From: Ignicoccus islandicus DSM 13165
Lineage (GTDB): Archaea > Thermoproteota > Thermoprotei_A > Sulfolobales > Ignicoccaceae
DNA length: 32,000 nt
Direction: 5' to 3'
Assembly (NCBI RefSeq): GCF_001481685.1
Contig: NZ_CP006867.1
Coordinates: 360,001-392,000 of the forward strand
Part shown: positions 18,265-26,737 of the stretch, piece by piece
Numbering within the stretch: position 1 is the first letter of the stretch
Layout of the letters: each line of letters opens with the position of its first letter
Position numbers and translations under genes: made by a program
The notes under the pieces: generated by a model
The model's database searches: none
Told to the model about the DNA's origin: nothing
The model's input: only the letters and a program-made list of their open reading frames with translations

Positions 18265-18810
18265 TTGTCCCTCCCCGATCAACTGCTCGACCTAGCCTTC
18301 CAGTACGCTTCCCAGAAGTTCGCGGAAATACTCGATAAGCTCAGAGCTGGCAAGCCCATTACTGATTCCGAAGCGAACTTCATTTTGCTCTTCATGGTCC
18401 TTAATCAAACCAAAGTGAGTTACGATAGCTTGTACAAGCAAATGGAGCTCAACAGGATGGAATTGAGGGAAGTCGAGAAGAGGCTGGAGAAGAGGATTGA
18501 TGAGACTGATAAGAGGATAGAAGAAGTTGAAGCTAGGTTAAACAAGAGGATAGATGAGGTGAAGGAAGAGCTCAATAGGAGGATAGATGACGTTAGGAGC
18601 GAACTAAACGGTAGGATAGATGAGACCAATAGGAGGATCGATCAATTACGGGAAGAGATGAAGCTCATGGAAGAGAGGTTAAACAAGAGGATGGACGACA
18701 TAGAGCAATCGATCGACGAATTGAAGGCGGGAATGGCGGGATTGAACTCCCAGATGAAGTTGGTAACGGACATGCTGGGCAAAGTGGTGGAAGCGCTGGC
18801 TAAGAGATAG
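18265..18810 (+). CDS. Coiled-coil protein with 7/11-residue RID-type repeats
   Basis: 181 aa with TTG start immediately after an in-frame TGA. The central region is RIDETDK / RIEEVEARLNK / RIDEVKEELNR / RIDDVRSELNG / RIDETNR / RIDQLREEMKLMEERLNK / RMDDIEQ. Confidence 0.65.
   Translation: MSLPDQLLDLAFQYASQKFAEILDKLRAGKPITDSEANFILLFMVLNQTKVSYDSLYKQMELNRMELREVEKRLEKRIDETDKRIEEVEARLNKRIDEVKEELNRRIDDVRSELNGRIDETNRRIDQLREEMKLMEERLNKRMDDIEQSIDELKAGMAGLNSQMKLVTDMLGKVVEALAKR
18493..18700 (+). repeat. Intragenic tandem periodicity (33-nt and 21-nt units) encoding hendecad/heptad repeats
   Basis: The AGGAT(A/T/C) core recurs at 18493, 18514, 18547, 18580, 18613, 18634 and 18688. The spacings are 21, 33, 33, 33, 21 and 54 nt. 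Confidence 0.8.
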
Positions 18811-18943
18811 TGGAGAAGAATTGTAATCGCAAATCGTGGATCCAGTGATGAAATGGTGGCGTAGATATATACTGACGATAAACAGCTAGAAGAAAAATCG
18901 TATTATACAGAATTTCTAGTAATACGAGCTTAGGTAAAGGAAG

Positions 18944-21436
18944 ATGTCTAAGAGTTGCAGATCTAATGAGTCACTCCCAGAGACCGTTTTGAGAGTTATC
19001 AGAGGGAGGATAGGAAGGGACTTCGGCGTACCATTTATTATTGCCTCAATATATATGTTATTCTTCATAGAACTTTCGCGGGGGATAGACTATATTACCT
19101 CCATTCTTCTTCTGTCTTTCTACATACTAGCTACCGAAAAGGGGCTTCATCAAAGGTCATATAAACTCATTCGAAATTTAGTTTCGAGGTGGAAATTTCG
19201 TGGCAGATACTTGATGTCTTTCAGAAGATTGGGGGAAATGCTACGACCTTTTCAAGAGTTTATCATAGCATTTTTAGTAGCAGTTTTATCAGACGAAGCG
19301 TTGCGTGCTACAGCCAGCGTTATAGTAAACGCTACTGAAATATCGATTCGGCTCTTTACTGAGTTAATTGGAACATCGTTCGTTCAAGGTATATTGTACA
19401 TAACGCAGCACTTCATATTGGGCATAATAAATATATTTTCACCAGTAAGTCCTGCGTTAGTAACGACGTTGGTAGTTCTATTATATAGCTTTGTATTAGT
19501 AAAGGGGATACTCAGAGTTTCGTCGCCGGATCCAAATGATCCTACGAAGAGTCTCTTATACAGGGAAGTAATACGTGATACTATAGATGACTTTGATAAG
19601 GCTTTGGGTAACTTAAAGAGAGAAGAGCGTTTAGCGATAAGAGGTATTGCAATTGCTCTAGGTTTAGTTACGGGTCTCGTACTCATCTTAGGATCTAGAG
19701 ATACTAGGCTATCCCACATCTCGCTACTTCTATCTCTAGCTGCAGGGTACGTTTTCTATAAGCATATAGAGCCTCGTTACGTAGCGATGAAGTCGCGAGA
19801 GAGGATAGAGAGCGGTAATAATCTCCTCGAAAACGTTTACCTCAAGCGATTGCAACGCTTTGGGAGCCTTTCACCGGAATTCAAGAGCACTGCGACTTTC
19901 ATATTTTCATCTCTAATCATATACGTATTTCAGTTAGAGTCGAGAAACCGTAAATTCGAGCGGATATACGTACCGAAAGAGGTGAGATGGGAAGGGGGCA
20001 AGTTAAAGGCCGAATACGTGCGAGTCTATCCACCGAATGAGATCGGAATTATAGAAGTAGAGGCTACACCTACTCCCAAGATCCGAACTGGGACTACTAA
20101 TAGAAACGCTGTACTGGAAGTACGCACTACTATTAATGACGACATTGACAGTGAATGGAACAACGTGAAGTTTGAACTGAGCCTCGAAGACGTACATGGA
20201 AACATATGGAGGGCGTTTCTTATTAATGAAAGCGACTTCAGCTTCGGTATTGTCGCGTTCTTCGCGCCCGGTGCTACAGAGATTCTCTGTAAACCTGGTC
20301 TAAAAGTTAGACCTTACTTAGAGCCGAAGTTCGACTCGGATGTCCATGGCTTAATTGAGAGGTTCCTCCCATCGTACGTAGTGAAGGATCTTGATAAACA
20401 CTTAAAGGGTACTGGCTTCAGTAATCTCAAGCCAAGACTCGTAGACCTCAGCAAGGACGTAAGCAATGATTTCATTAGCATTAGCTTTGCAGTAACTACT
20501 GCTAGAGACGAGTTCTTGATCCACAAGTCGCCCGATTACGTATTTGGGCCGAGCTATGAGAGAAGTATAAGGGACGTCATAGAGCCTCATTTATTTAAAC
20601 TGAGTTTCCACTTCACTTGTAATAGCGTAACGCCCGAAGGCCCCCTACAAGAAATCCGGAAAGGAGGCGTCATAAATTTACTACCCTTACCAAATCCCGT
20701 AGGAACCGACTTAATAGTAGTTACTAAAGATGGATACATATTGTTCCAATATAGAAGCGGTGGTGCAACCCTAGCTGCTGAAAGAGGAAACTTTGCCCAT
20801 GCCATCTCCGGAGGTCTAGATTTCTCTACAGTGAAAAATGTCATCAGTAAATACGAGGGTAGAGCTCAATACGAAAATTGTAACGATTTTCTTGAAGAGT
20901 TATCAAGGCAAGAGGAAGGCGAGGAAGAGGAAGTTAGCATATCTGATGAAGAAATAGGTAGAGCAACCCTCGCGATATCAATTACCAGAAACGCTTTGTA
21001 TCTGGGCCTCCCTGGGTTCTTCGGTTTCAAGAGGTACGACGAAGACTGGAATAACGTTAAGGAAAGACGTGATGCACTGATACAACTAGGTCTAGAGAGT
21101 AGAAACGTCTTGGCAGTTAAGTTACCGGAAACTATCGCTCCCAGTAAGGTAACGAACGAGTTCCTAGAATCACTAATAAAGAACTGGATCCTTTACGTAT
21201 TCAGGTACAGCGCAACCAAGGACGAAGCGATAGTAAACGATTTCGAGGAAAGGATAGACGTTATTGAGAGGGGTGGAAAGGAAGTCTCCGCGGACGCACG
21301 GAAGTCCGTAACCAAGAGCTTCTTGAATTACAATAACTACAGTGCGATCTTGGCCGTATCTATACTCTCCCTTCTCCAGTATTACTACTGCAATAAAATG
21401 GGGTGGAAAGAAATTAGCGAGGTGGGAGCGAAGTGA
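18944..21436 (+). CDS. Large polytopic membrane protein with about 500-aa soluble region (possible degenerate Nudix-like fold); function unknown
   Basis: 830 aa with ATG start. About 7-8 hydrophobic helices lie in residues 1-330. A beta-rich segment follows. Next comes GTDLIVVTKDGYILFQYRSGGATLAAERGNFAHAISGGLD ... FLEELSRQEEGEE, which resembles the first strands of a Nudix fold plus a degenerate, insertion-containing Nudix box. No kinase, P-loop or other catalytic signature was recognised. Confidence 0.7.
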   Translation: MSKSCRSNESLPETVLRVIRGRIGRDFGVPFIIASIYMLFFIELSRGIDYITSILLLSFYILATEKGLHQRSYKLIRNLVSRWKFRGRYLMSFRRLGEMLRPFQEFIIAFLVAVLSDEALRATASVIVNATEISIRLFTELIGTSFVQGILYITQHFILGIINIFSPVSPALVTTLVVLLYSFVLVKGILRVSSPDPNDPTKSLLYREVIRDTIDDFDKALGNLKREERLAIRGIAIALGLVTGLVLILGSRDTRLSHISLLLSLAAGYVFYKHIEPRYVAMKSRERIESGNNLLENVYLKRLQRFGSLSPEFKSTATFIFSSLIIYVFQLESRNRKFERIYVPKEVRWEGGKLKAEYVRVYPPNEIGIIEVEATPTPKIRTGTTNRNAVLEVRTTINDDIDSEWNNVKFELSLEDVHGNIWRAFLINESDFSFGIVAFFAPGATEILCKPGLKVRPYLEPKFDSDVHGLIERFLPSYVVKDLDKHLKGTGFSNLKPRLVDLSKDVSNDFISISFAVTTARDEFLIHKSPDYVFGPSYERSIRDVIEPHLFKLSFHFTCNSVTPEGPLQEIRKGGVINLLPLPNPVGTDLIVVTKDGYILFQYRSGGATLAAERGNFAHAISGGLDFSTVKNVISKYEGRAQYENCNDFLEELSRQEEGEEEEVSISDEEIGRATLAISITRNALYLGLPGFFGFKRYDEDWNNVKERRDALIQLGLESRNVLAVKLPETIAPSKVTNEFLESLIKNWILYVFRYSATKDEAIVNDFEERIDVIERGGKEVSADARKSVTKSFLNYNNYSAILAVSILSLLQYYYCNKMGWKEISEVGAK

Positions 21437-22269
21437 AGTTCGAATGTATAGCAGCTTTTACCTCAAAGAGTCCATCGAAAACCTATAACGAGGACCAAGC
21501 GATCTGCACCGACTACTTGGCAGCGGTAATTGACGGAGCCTCGCCGTTAGTAAATGACCTTCAAGCGAAGCTTCGGACGAGGTGGCTAGTGGACGAAATA
21601 GTTTCGGAACTAATCTCGCTTAAGGGCGATTTAAGGAGCGGCTTGAACGATTTAATAGATTCCCTTAGGTCGAAGTACGAGTTAAAGTTCGGTTTTCCAA
21701 GCAATGTCGGGAAATACGAACTACCGTCCGCTGCTGCTTCAATAACCAAACTCAATGCTGAGGGATTAGAGTACGCTGTGTTCGCGGACTCCCCGCTAGT
21801 AATCACCTTCAAGGGAGGTGGGGAGAAGGTAATTACCGATGACTCTATTAAGGAGCTCGACCAAGTAGTAGTGAATAGAATAGAGGAGTTAATGGCTGAA
21901 GGCTTAAGCTTCAACGAAGCCCTCAAGGAAGTACGACCGATATTAAGGAAGAATAGGGAGATGATGTGCATAGGCTATAGCGTGATAGCGCCTCTGGGTG
22001 AATGCAAGCGCAACTTTATATACGGAAAAATGAACCTCGAAAGCGTAGAATACTTGGCGTTAATGAGCGATGGAATGGCTAGGTTAGTCGATACGTACGG
22101 GTTCTTCCGGAGCTATAGGGAAATGATGTTATATGGAATTGAAAATGGATTCGGTGATTTGCTTAGAATTCTGCGGGAAATAGAAAGGGAAGATGAAGGC
22201 GTGAAAGTGTTCAAAAGAGTTAGCGTCTACGACGACGCCTCCTTAGTGGTCTTGCGCCCGTCTCCGTAA
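21433..22269 (+). CDS. PP2C-like (PP2C_2-type) putative protein phosphatase
   Basis: 278 aa. The GTG start overlaps the stop of the 830-aa gene (GTGA). Motif order fits PP2C-like proteins: KTYNEDQA, AAVIDGASP, LALMSDGMARL and C-terminal VYDDASLVVL. The assignment rests on motifs only. Confidence 0.55.
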   Translation: MKFECIAAFTSKSPSKTYNEDQAICTDYLAAVIDGASPLVNDLQAKLRTRWLVDEIVSELISLKGDLRSGLNDLIDSLRSKYELKFGFPSNVGKYELPSAAASITKLNAEGLEYAVFADSPLVITFKGGGEKVITDDSIKELDQVVVNRIEELMAEGLSFNEALKEVRPILRKNREMMCIGYSVIAPLGECKRNFIYGKMNLESVEYLALMSDGMARLVDTYGFFRSYREMMLYGIENGFGDLLRILREIEREDEGVKVFKRVSVYDDASLVVLRPSP

Positions 22270-22380
22270 ACTTTGATATCGAATGAGTACTCGTGGACCT
22301 AACTGTTTCGCTCGAAACGGATAAGGTTTACGGAAAACCGTTAAATCGCTTAACCTACATACGTAAATAGAGGTGGAGAT

Positions 22381-23256
22381 TTGAACCTAGAGGACCTCCC
22401 AACTGACTCACTGAGCGAATTCCTGGCAGCAACGGAAACTTTAAGCTGTTCTGATCTGGGCGAGCTCCTAGAACAAGGGATATCACTGCTGGATCCCAAG
22501 CCCCAAGAGCTGGACCCATCGAAGCCCGCGCTCTTTCACGGAGATCTACATGGCGATATAGAAACTCCTTTTGAGGTATGGAGGAAAGTTGGCGATATCA
22601 AAGGCTTTAACTTGATATTCCTTGGAGATTACGTCGATAGGGGTCCCAATCAAATAGAGACCCTCCTATTGGTTCTATCTCTAAAGGCAAAGAGGCCGGA
22701 AGAGGTCGCCGTATTAAGGGGTAATCACGAGCCTCCGAGGAACCTCATACCTTCCCCTCACGATTACCCAATAGAGCTAAGGGAGAGGTGTGGGGACGAA
22801 ATGGAACTATACGAACTTTCCCTGAAGCTCTTCGATAGGATGCCGTTGTTCGCTATTTACGGACGATATCTAGGCGTACACGGAGGCCCTCCCTTTAGGA
22901 AGGGTTGCAAGGGTATTTCGTGTTTAGATCAGCCCGACCTAGAAGCTGTGCTTTGGAGCGATCCGGACGAGCTCTTAGGAGAGGAGATATGCGCCTACGA
23001 GGATCCCTTGGAGAAATGTATTGAAAGGAATTACTATAGAGGCGCCGGTTACATATGGGGCGCTGGGGCAACGAGGGAGTTCCTAGAGGCGACCGGCTTT
23101 GAGAAAATAGTAAGGGGTCACACTGCGGTCAATGGAATAGCGTTCACCCATAGGAATAGGGTGATAACGCTATTCACTAGGAGAGGTCCTCCGTACTACA
23201 ACGAGAGGGCGGCGGCACTGCTCGTTAAAGGCGAAGAGAAGGCAGTGTTGGTTTGA
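22381..23256 (+). CDS. PPP-family Ser/Thr protein phosphatase (PP1-arch type metallophosphoesterase)
   Basis: 291 aa with TTG start. It carries the canonical PPP motifs GDLHGD, GDYVDRG, RGNHE and later GVHGG and RGH. Confidence 0.88.
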   Translation: MNLEDLPTDSLSEFLAATETLSCSDLGELLEQGISLLDPKPQELDPSKPALFHGDLHGDIETPFEVWRKVGDIKGFNLIFLGDYVDRGPNQIETLLLVLSLKAKRPEEVAVLRGNHEPPRNLIPSPHDYPIELRERCGDEMELYELSLKLFDRMPLFAIYGRYLGVHGGPPFRKGCKGISCLDQPDLEAVLWSDPDELLGEEICAYEDPLEKCIERNYYRGAGYIWGAGATREFLEATGFEKIVRGHTAVNGIAFTHRNRVITLFTRRGPPYYNERAAALLVKGEEKAVLV

Positions 23257-23374
23257 GACTTAAATGGTTGATCTATCCCGAGTGAGAGATTCCTAATTAT
23301 TACACCAATAAAATTCTATTTCCTAACTGCCCAATAATAATATTTGGATTACTTCCTAACCTCGGTAAACCGCC

Positions 23375-24826
23375 ATGGGGATGAACGGGATACTAACCGG
23401 CATAAGGATGGCCTTCAATAATCCTATAATGAAAAAGATATTGAGCGACGTAGTTAGGGAAGTCGAATGTAACTACAACGGAGAAAAGGTGAGGATGAAG
23501 GTCTCAGATTACGTAATGTTGAAGTACGCCGGCGAAAAGGTTAACTGCGGGATAAGGGAGGAAATAGTTTACAAGACGTTAGCTGGAGTGTTCGACCTCT
23601 CTTTAAGGATCTTCAAGGGAAATAGGGAGGAGGTAGTTGAAGCGTTCCGAGACCCGGCGGTTAGGAGGGGCTTAACCCTCGTATTCGAAGGTTTGGCCAA
23701 GTACGGGGTAACTGTTCCCCAGAGGCTTCCCGCGCCCTTCTTAATTGTATGGAACTTCACTAACATGTGTAACTTGAGGTGCAAGCACTGCTACCAAAGG
23801 GCAGATAAGCCGTTACCGGACGAGCTTACCCTAGAGGAGAAACTCGCTGTAGTAGAGGACCTAGATAGGGCTGGGGTGGCTGCAGTCGCCCTCAGCGGAG
23901 GGGAGCCTACAATACATCCCCATTTCTTCAGAATAGTTGAAGAGCTGTCCTCTAGGGGAATCTACGTTGCCGTAGCAACCAACGGGTGGTTATTTTCGGA
24001 AAAGAAGTACCTCGCCAAGGCTAAGGAGAAGGGAGTTAGGTACGTAGAAGTGAGCGTTGACTCCGCCGATCCCCGAAAGCACGACGATTTCCGGGGAGTT
24101 CCCGGCTCTTGGAAGAAGGCCGTTCAAGCGTTAAGGAACGCTGTGGAACTAAAAGTGAACCACGCAATGGCAGTTACTATCACTAGGAACAACTTAGATG
24201 AGGTGGACGATATACTGAACTTGGCGGAAGAGCTTGGAATTTGGAGAGTTGTCTTCTTCAATTTCGTGCCCGTTGGAAGAGGTAAGGAAATAATTGACTT
24301 AGATCTAACTCCCGAAGAAAGAGAGGGGTTCATGAGGAAAATAGCAAAGGAGATGGTTAGGAGGAAGCTCGAGATATACACGACGGCTCCGCAATACAGC
24401 AGAGTCACAATGGAGGTCTTGGGAATAACGACCCCTACCCACTTCTCTGCCCCCATAAACAGCGGCTACAACAAGCTGGTCTCGGCTTTGGCCGAGTTCA
24501 TAGGAGGATGCGGGGCTGGCAGGATATACGCGGCCTTGGAACCCAATGGGGACGTCACGCCTTGCGTTTTCCTACCCATAGTGGTCGGTAACGTGAGGCG
24601 GAAGAGCTTCAGGGAGATATGGGAGACGAGCGACCTCTTCCTTAAGCTTCGGGACAGGAGCAACTTAGCAGAGAACTGCAAGAGTTGTCCATATAGAGAG
24701 GTTTGCGGGGGCTGCAGAGCTAGGGCTTACGCTTACTTCAACGACCCCTTGGGCCCCGATCCCGGATGCATTATAAACAAGAAGTGGTTCGAATCGTTGA
24801 AGAGGGAGGCTGCAATTGCCCAATGA
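23375..24826 (+). CDS. Radical SAM enzyme with C-terminal SPASM domain (NirJ/AhbC-D/PqqE/tungsten-cofactor-maturase-like)
   Basis: 483 aa. It has the CNLRCKHC radical SAM cluster motif, GGEPT, and a SPASM-type Cys cluster (GGCGAG...TPCVF...CKSCPYREVCGGCRARA). About 115 aa of unassigned N-terminal extension precede the core. Confidence 0.85.
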   Translation: MGMNGILTGIRMAFNNPIMKKILSDVVREVECNYNGEKVRMKVSDYVMLKYAGEKVNCGIREEIVYKTLAGVFDLSLRIFKGNREEVVEAFRDPAVRRGLTLVFEGLAKYGVTVPQRLPAPFLIVWNFTNMCNLRCKHCYQRADKPLPDELTLEEKLAVVEDLDRAGVAAVALSGGEPTIHPHFFRIVEELSSRGIYVAVATNGWLFSEKKYLAKAKEKGVRYVEVSVDSADPRKHDDFRGVPGSWKKAVQALRNAVELKVNHAMAVTITRNNLDEVDDILNLAEELGIWRVVFFNFVPVGRGKEIIDLDLTPEEREGFMRKIAKEMVRRKLEIYTTAPQYSRVTMEVLGITTPTHFSAPINSGYNKLVSALAEFIGGCGAGRIYAALEPNGDVTPCVFLPIVVGNVRRKSFREIWETSDLFLKLRDRSNLAENCKSCPYREVCGGCRARAYAYFNDPLGPDPGCIINKKWFESLKREAAIAQ

Positions 24827-24830
24827 ACCC

Positions 24831-24835
24831 TTTTT
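24831..24835 (+). terminator. Oligo-T tract, possible archaeal terminator after the radical SAM gene
   Basis: A T5 run lies 5 nt after the TGA stop (AACCCTTTTTGCTTC). Archaeal RNA polymerase terminates at oligo-T tracts. Confidence 0.3.
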
Positions 24836-24871
24836 GCTTCTAGTTCGCGTTTAAGCCCTTGGGAGTTCGCT

Positions 24872-25714
24872 ATGAAAGTAGCTCTGGCCTTCGATCACCC
24901 CAGATGGGAAGAGAAACACATACTTGAAGTAATAACTAGTATGGGCTACAAGGCCGTCCCAATCCCACTGAGATCTACCTCCCTAGACCTATCTAAGCCG
25001 AAGCTCGATGCGAACGTAGTAATTCAAAGGGCGATCAGCAGCGTTAGAGCTATTACTTCAACTTCTTACTTTGCAGCCGCAGGAGTTCCAGTGGTTAATT
25101 CTCTGTTTACCCAATTAATTTGCGATAACAAGGTACTAACTGATATGGCCTTGTCCAGGGCCGGCGTTCCGAGACCGAGGACTATAGTGGCTTACAGCGA
25201 AGAGGAGGCCATGAAGGCCGCGGAGGAACTGGGTTATCCGGTAGTGGTAAAGCCTATACAAGGGAGCTGGGGGAGGCTTCAAGCGTTAGCCAAGGACCCC
25301 GATACCCTCTTGACGGTGCTCGAGTTCAGGGAAGCCATGCCTAGTCCGCAATTCAAGGTTCATTACATACAAGAATTCGTCAAGAAACCAAATAGGGACA
25401 TAAGGGCCTTCGTAGTAGGAGGCTCAGTTAGGACAGCAATATATAGGATCTCCTCCAATTGGAGGACTAACACAGCGCTGGGAGGTAAGGCCGAGCCGGC
25501 GAAAATAGATAGCGAATTGGAAGAGATAGTATTGAGGGCAGCTGGAGCGGTTGGAGGAGGAGTTCTCGGGGTGGACGTGGTTGAGGATCCCGAAAGAGGC
25601 TACCTAGTGCTCGAGGTTAATTCTAACGTAGATTTCAAGAACACGTATAGGGTAACTGGTCACGATTTGGCGAAAGACATAGTTGAATATGCAGTTAACT
25701 TAGCTAAGATGTGA
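24872..25714 (+). CDS. ATP-grasp ligase of the RimK/LysX/ArgX family
   Basis: 280 aa. The full-length pattern is typical of LysX/RimK: FDHPRWEEK, VPVVNS, CDNKVLT, GYPVVVKPIQGSWGR, YIQEFVKKPNRDIRAFVVG, WRTNTALGGKAEP, GGGVLGVDVVED, LEVN. No LysW-like zinc-ribbon carrier and no other lys/arg genes are nearby. Confidence 0.85.
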   Translation: MKVALAFDHPRWEEKHILEVITSMGYKAVPIPLRSTSLDLSKPKLDANVVIQRAISSVRAITSTSYFAAAGVPVVNSLFTQLICDNKVLTDMALSRAGVPRPRTIVAYSEEEAMKAAEELGYPVVVKPIQGSWGRLQALAKDPDTLLTVLEFREAMPSPQFKVHYIQEFVKKPNRDIRAFVVGGSVRTAIYRISSNWRTNTALGGKAEPAKIDSELEEIVLRAAGAVGGGVLGVDVVEDPERGYLVLEVNSNVDFKNTYRVTGHDLAKDIVEYAVNLAKM

Positions 25715-25983
25715 GAGCCTTGAAGGTGAAGGTGAAGTTCTACGCTTACCTTCGCGAGAGCTTGGGTTCGGAGGACCAATTCGAGTGCAACTGCTCGACG
25801 GCAGAGGAATTGTTTCTCGAGCTCTTGAAGAGGTACCCCGTTTTGAAGGAAGAGAGGAAGCGGTACGAGGAGAGCGGCTTGGACTTGGGCGTCCTAATTA
25901 ACGGTAGAGATTGGAGACACTTAAAGGAGATTAATTCCGCTGAAGTTAAGGTCTCCGTCTTCCCTCCCGCTGCCGGAGGTTAA
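25711..25983 (+). CDS. MoaD/ThiS-like beta-grasp (ubiquitin-fold) protein ending in Gly-Gly
   Basis: 90 aa from a GTG that overlaps the ATP-grasp stop (GTGA); an alternative TTG at 25720 would give MKVKVKFYA. The pattern is typical of archaeal MoaD-family proteins ([30 protein letters not shown] then stop). Confidence 0.8.
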   Translation: MRALKVKVKFYAYLRESLGSEDQFECNCSTAEELFLELLKRYPVLKEERKRYEESGLDLGVLINGRDWRHLKEINSAEVKVSVFPPAAGG

Positions 25984-25991
25984 GGGTCACA

Positions 25992-26735
25992 TTGGTAGTC
26001 CCACCCGATCACCCACGCTATTACTCCCTCTTATATAGGGAGAGGTTGATAGAGAAGTTCAAAGAAGGAATAGTGGTGGCACAAGGTCTAATAGCCCACG
26101 GGAGAGGCGAAGCGTTCGATTACATACTAGGCGAGAGAACCGTTCCCAGCGCGTTAAAGGCGGAAAAGGCAGCTGCTGCCCTATTGAAGCTGGCTAAGAG
26201 ACCGGTTGTGAGCGTTAACGGTAACGTTGCTGCCCTGGTACCGAGGGAATTGGTCAAGCTATCTGAGGCCTTGGGGTGCCCACTCGAGGTGAACCTCTTC
26301 TACAGATCCGAAGAGAGGGCCAAGAAAATAGCGGAGTTGCTTGAGGCCCATGGCGCAAGGGAAGTCCTTTGGGTCCCTGAGGAGGAGCTACCGAACCTCA
26401 GTAGCGAGAGGAGGAAGGTGTCCAAGAGAGGGATCGCAACGGCTGACGTAGTGCTCGTAGCCCTAGAGGACGGGGACCGGACGGAAGCCTTGAAGAAGTT
26501 GGGGAAGAAGGTAATAGCCATAGATCTAAACCCCTTCTCTAGGACCGCTAGAAGCGCAGACATATCGATTATCGATAACGTAATAAGAGCCATTCCAAAC
26601 ATAATTAAGTTCGTAAAAGAAATTAGCTACGAGGAAGCTAAGAAGGTATTAGAGGAATACGATAACTCCCTTACTTTAAAGGAATCAGTTAAGGAAATAC
26701 GTGAGTGGCTGGATAAGATGATAGAGGAGATGTAA
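25992..26735 (+). CDS. Archaeal phosphopantothenate synthetase (4-phosphopantoate--beta-alanine ligase, COG1701 family)
   Basis: 247 aa with TTG start 8 nt after the Ubl stop. Family motifs are [48 protein letters not shown] and [12 protein letters not shown]. Confidence 0.8.
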   Translation: MVVPPDHPRYYSLLYRERLIEKFKEGIVVAQGLIAHGRGEAFDYILGERTVPSALKAEKAAAALLKLAKRPVVSVNGNVAALVPRELVKLSEALGCPLEVNLFYRSEERAKKIAELLEAHGAREVLWVPEEELPNLSSERRKVSKRGIATADVVLVALEDGDRTEALKKLGKKVIAIDLNPFSRTARSADISIIDNVIRAIPNIIKFVKEISYEEAKKVLEEYDNSLTLKESVKEIREWLDKMIEEM

Positions 26736-26737
26736 GA

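Noticed and set aside
18845-18875. Possible C/D-box sRNA: GTGATGA at 18845..18851 followed by CTGA at 18872..18875.
   Set aside because: The span is only 31 nt. It has no second box pair and no complementary ends, so it is too short for an archaeal C/D sRNA. The AT-rich part more likely belongs to the promoter of the 830-aa gene.
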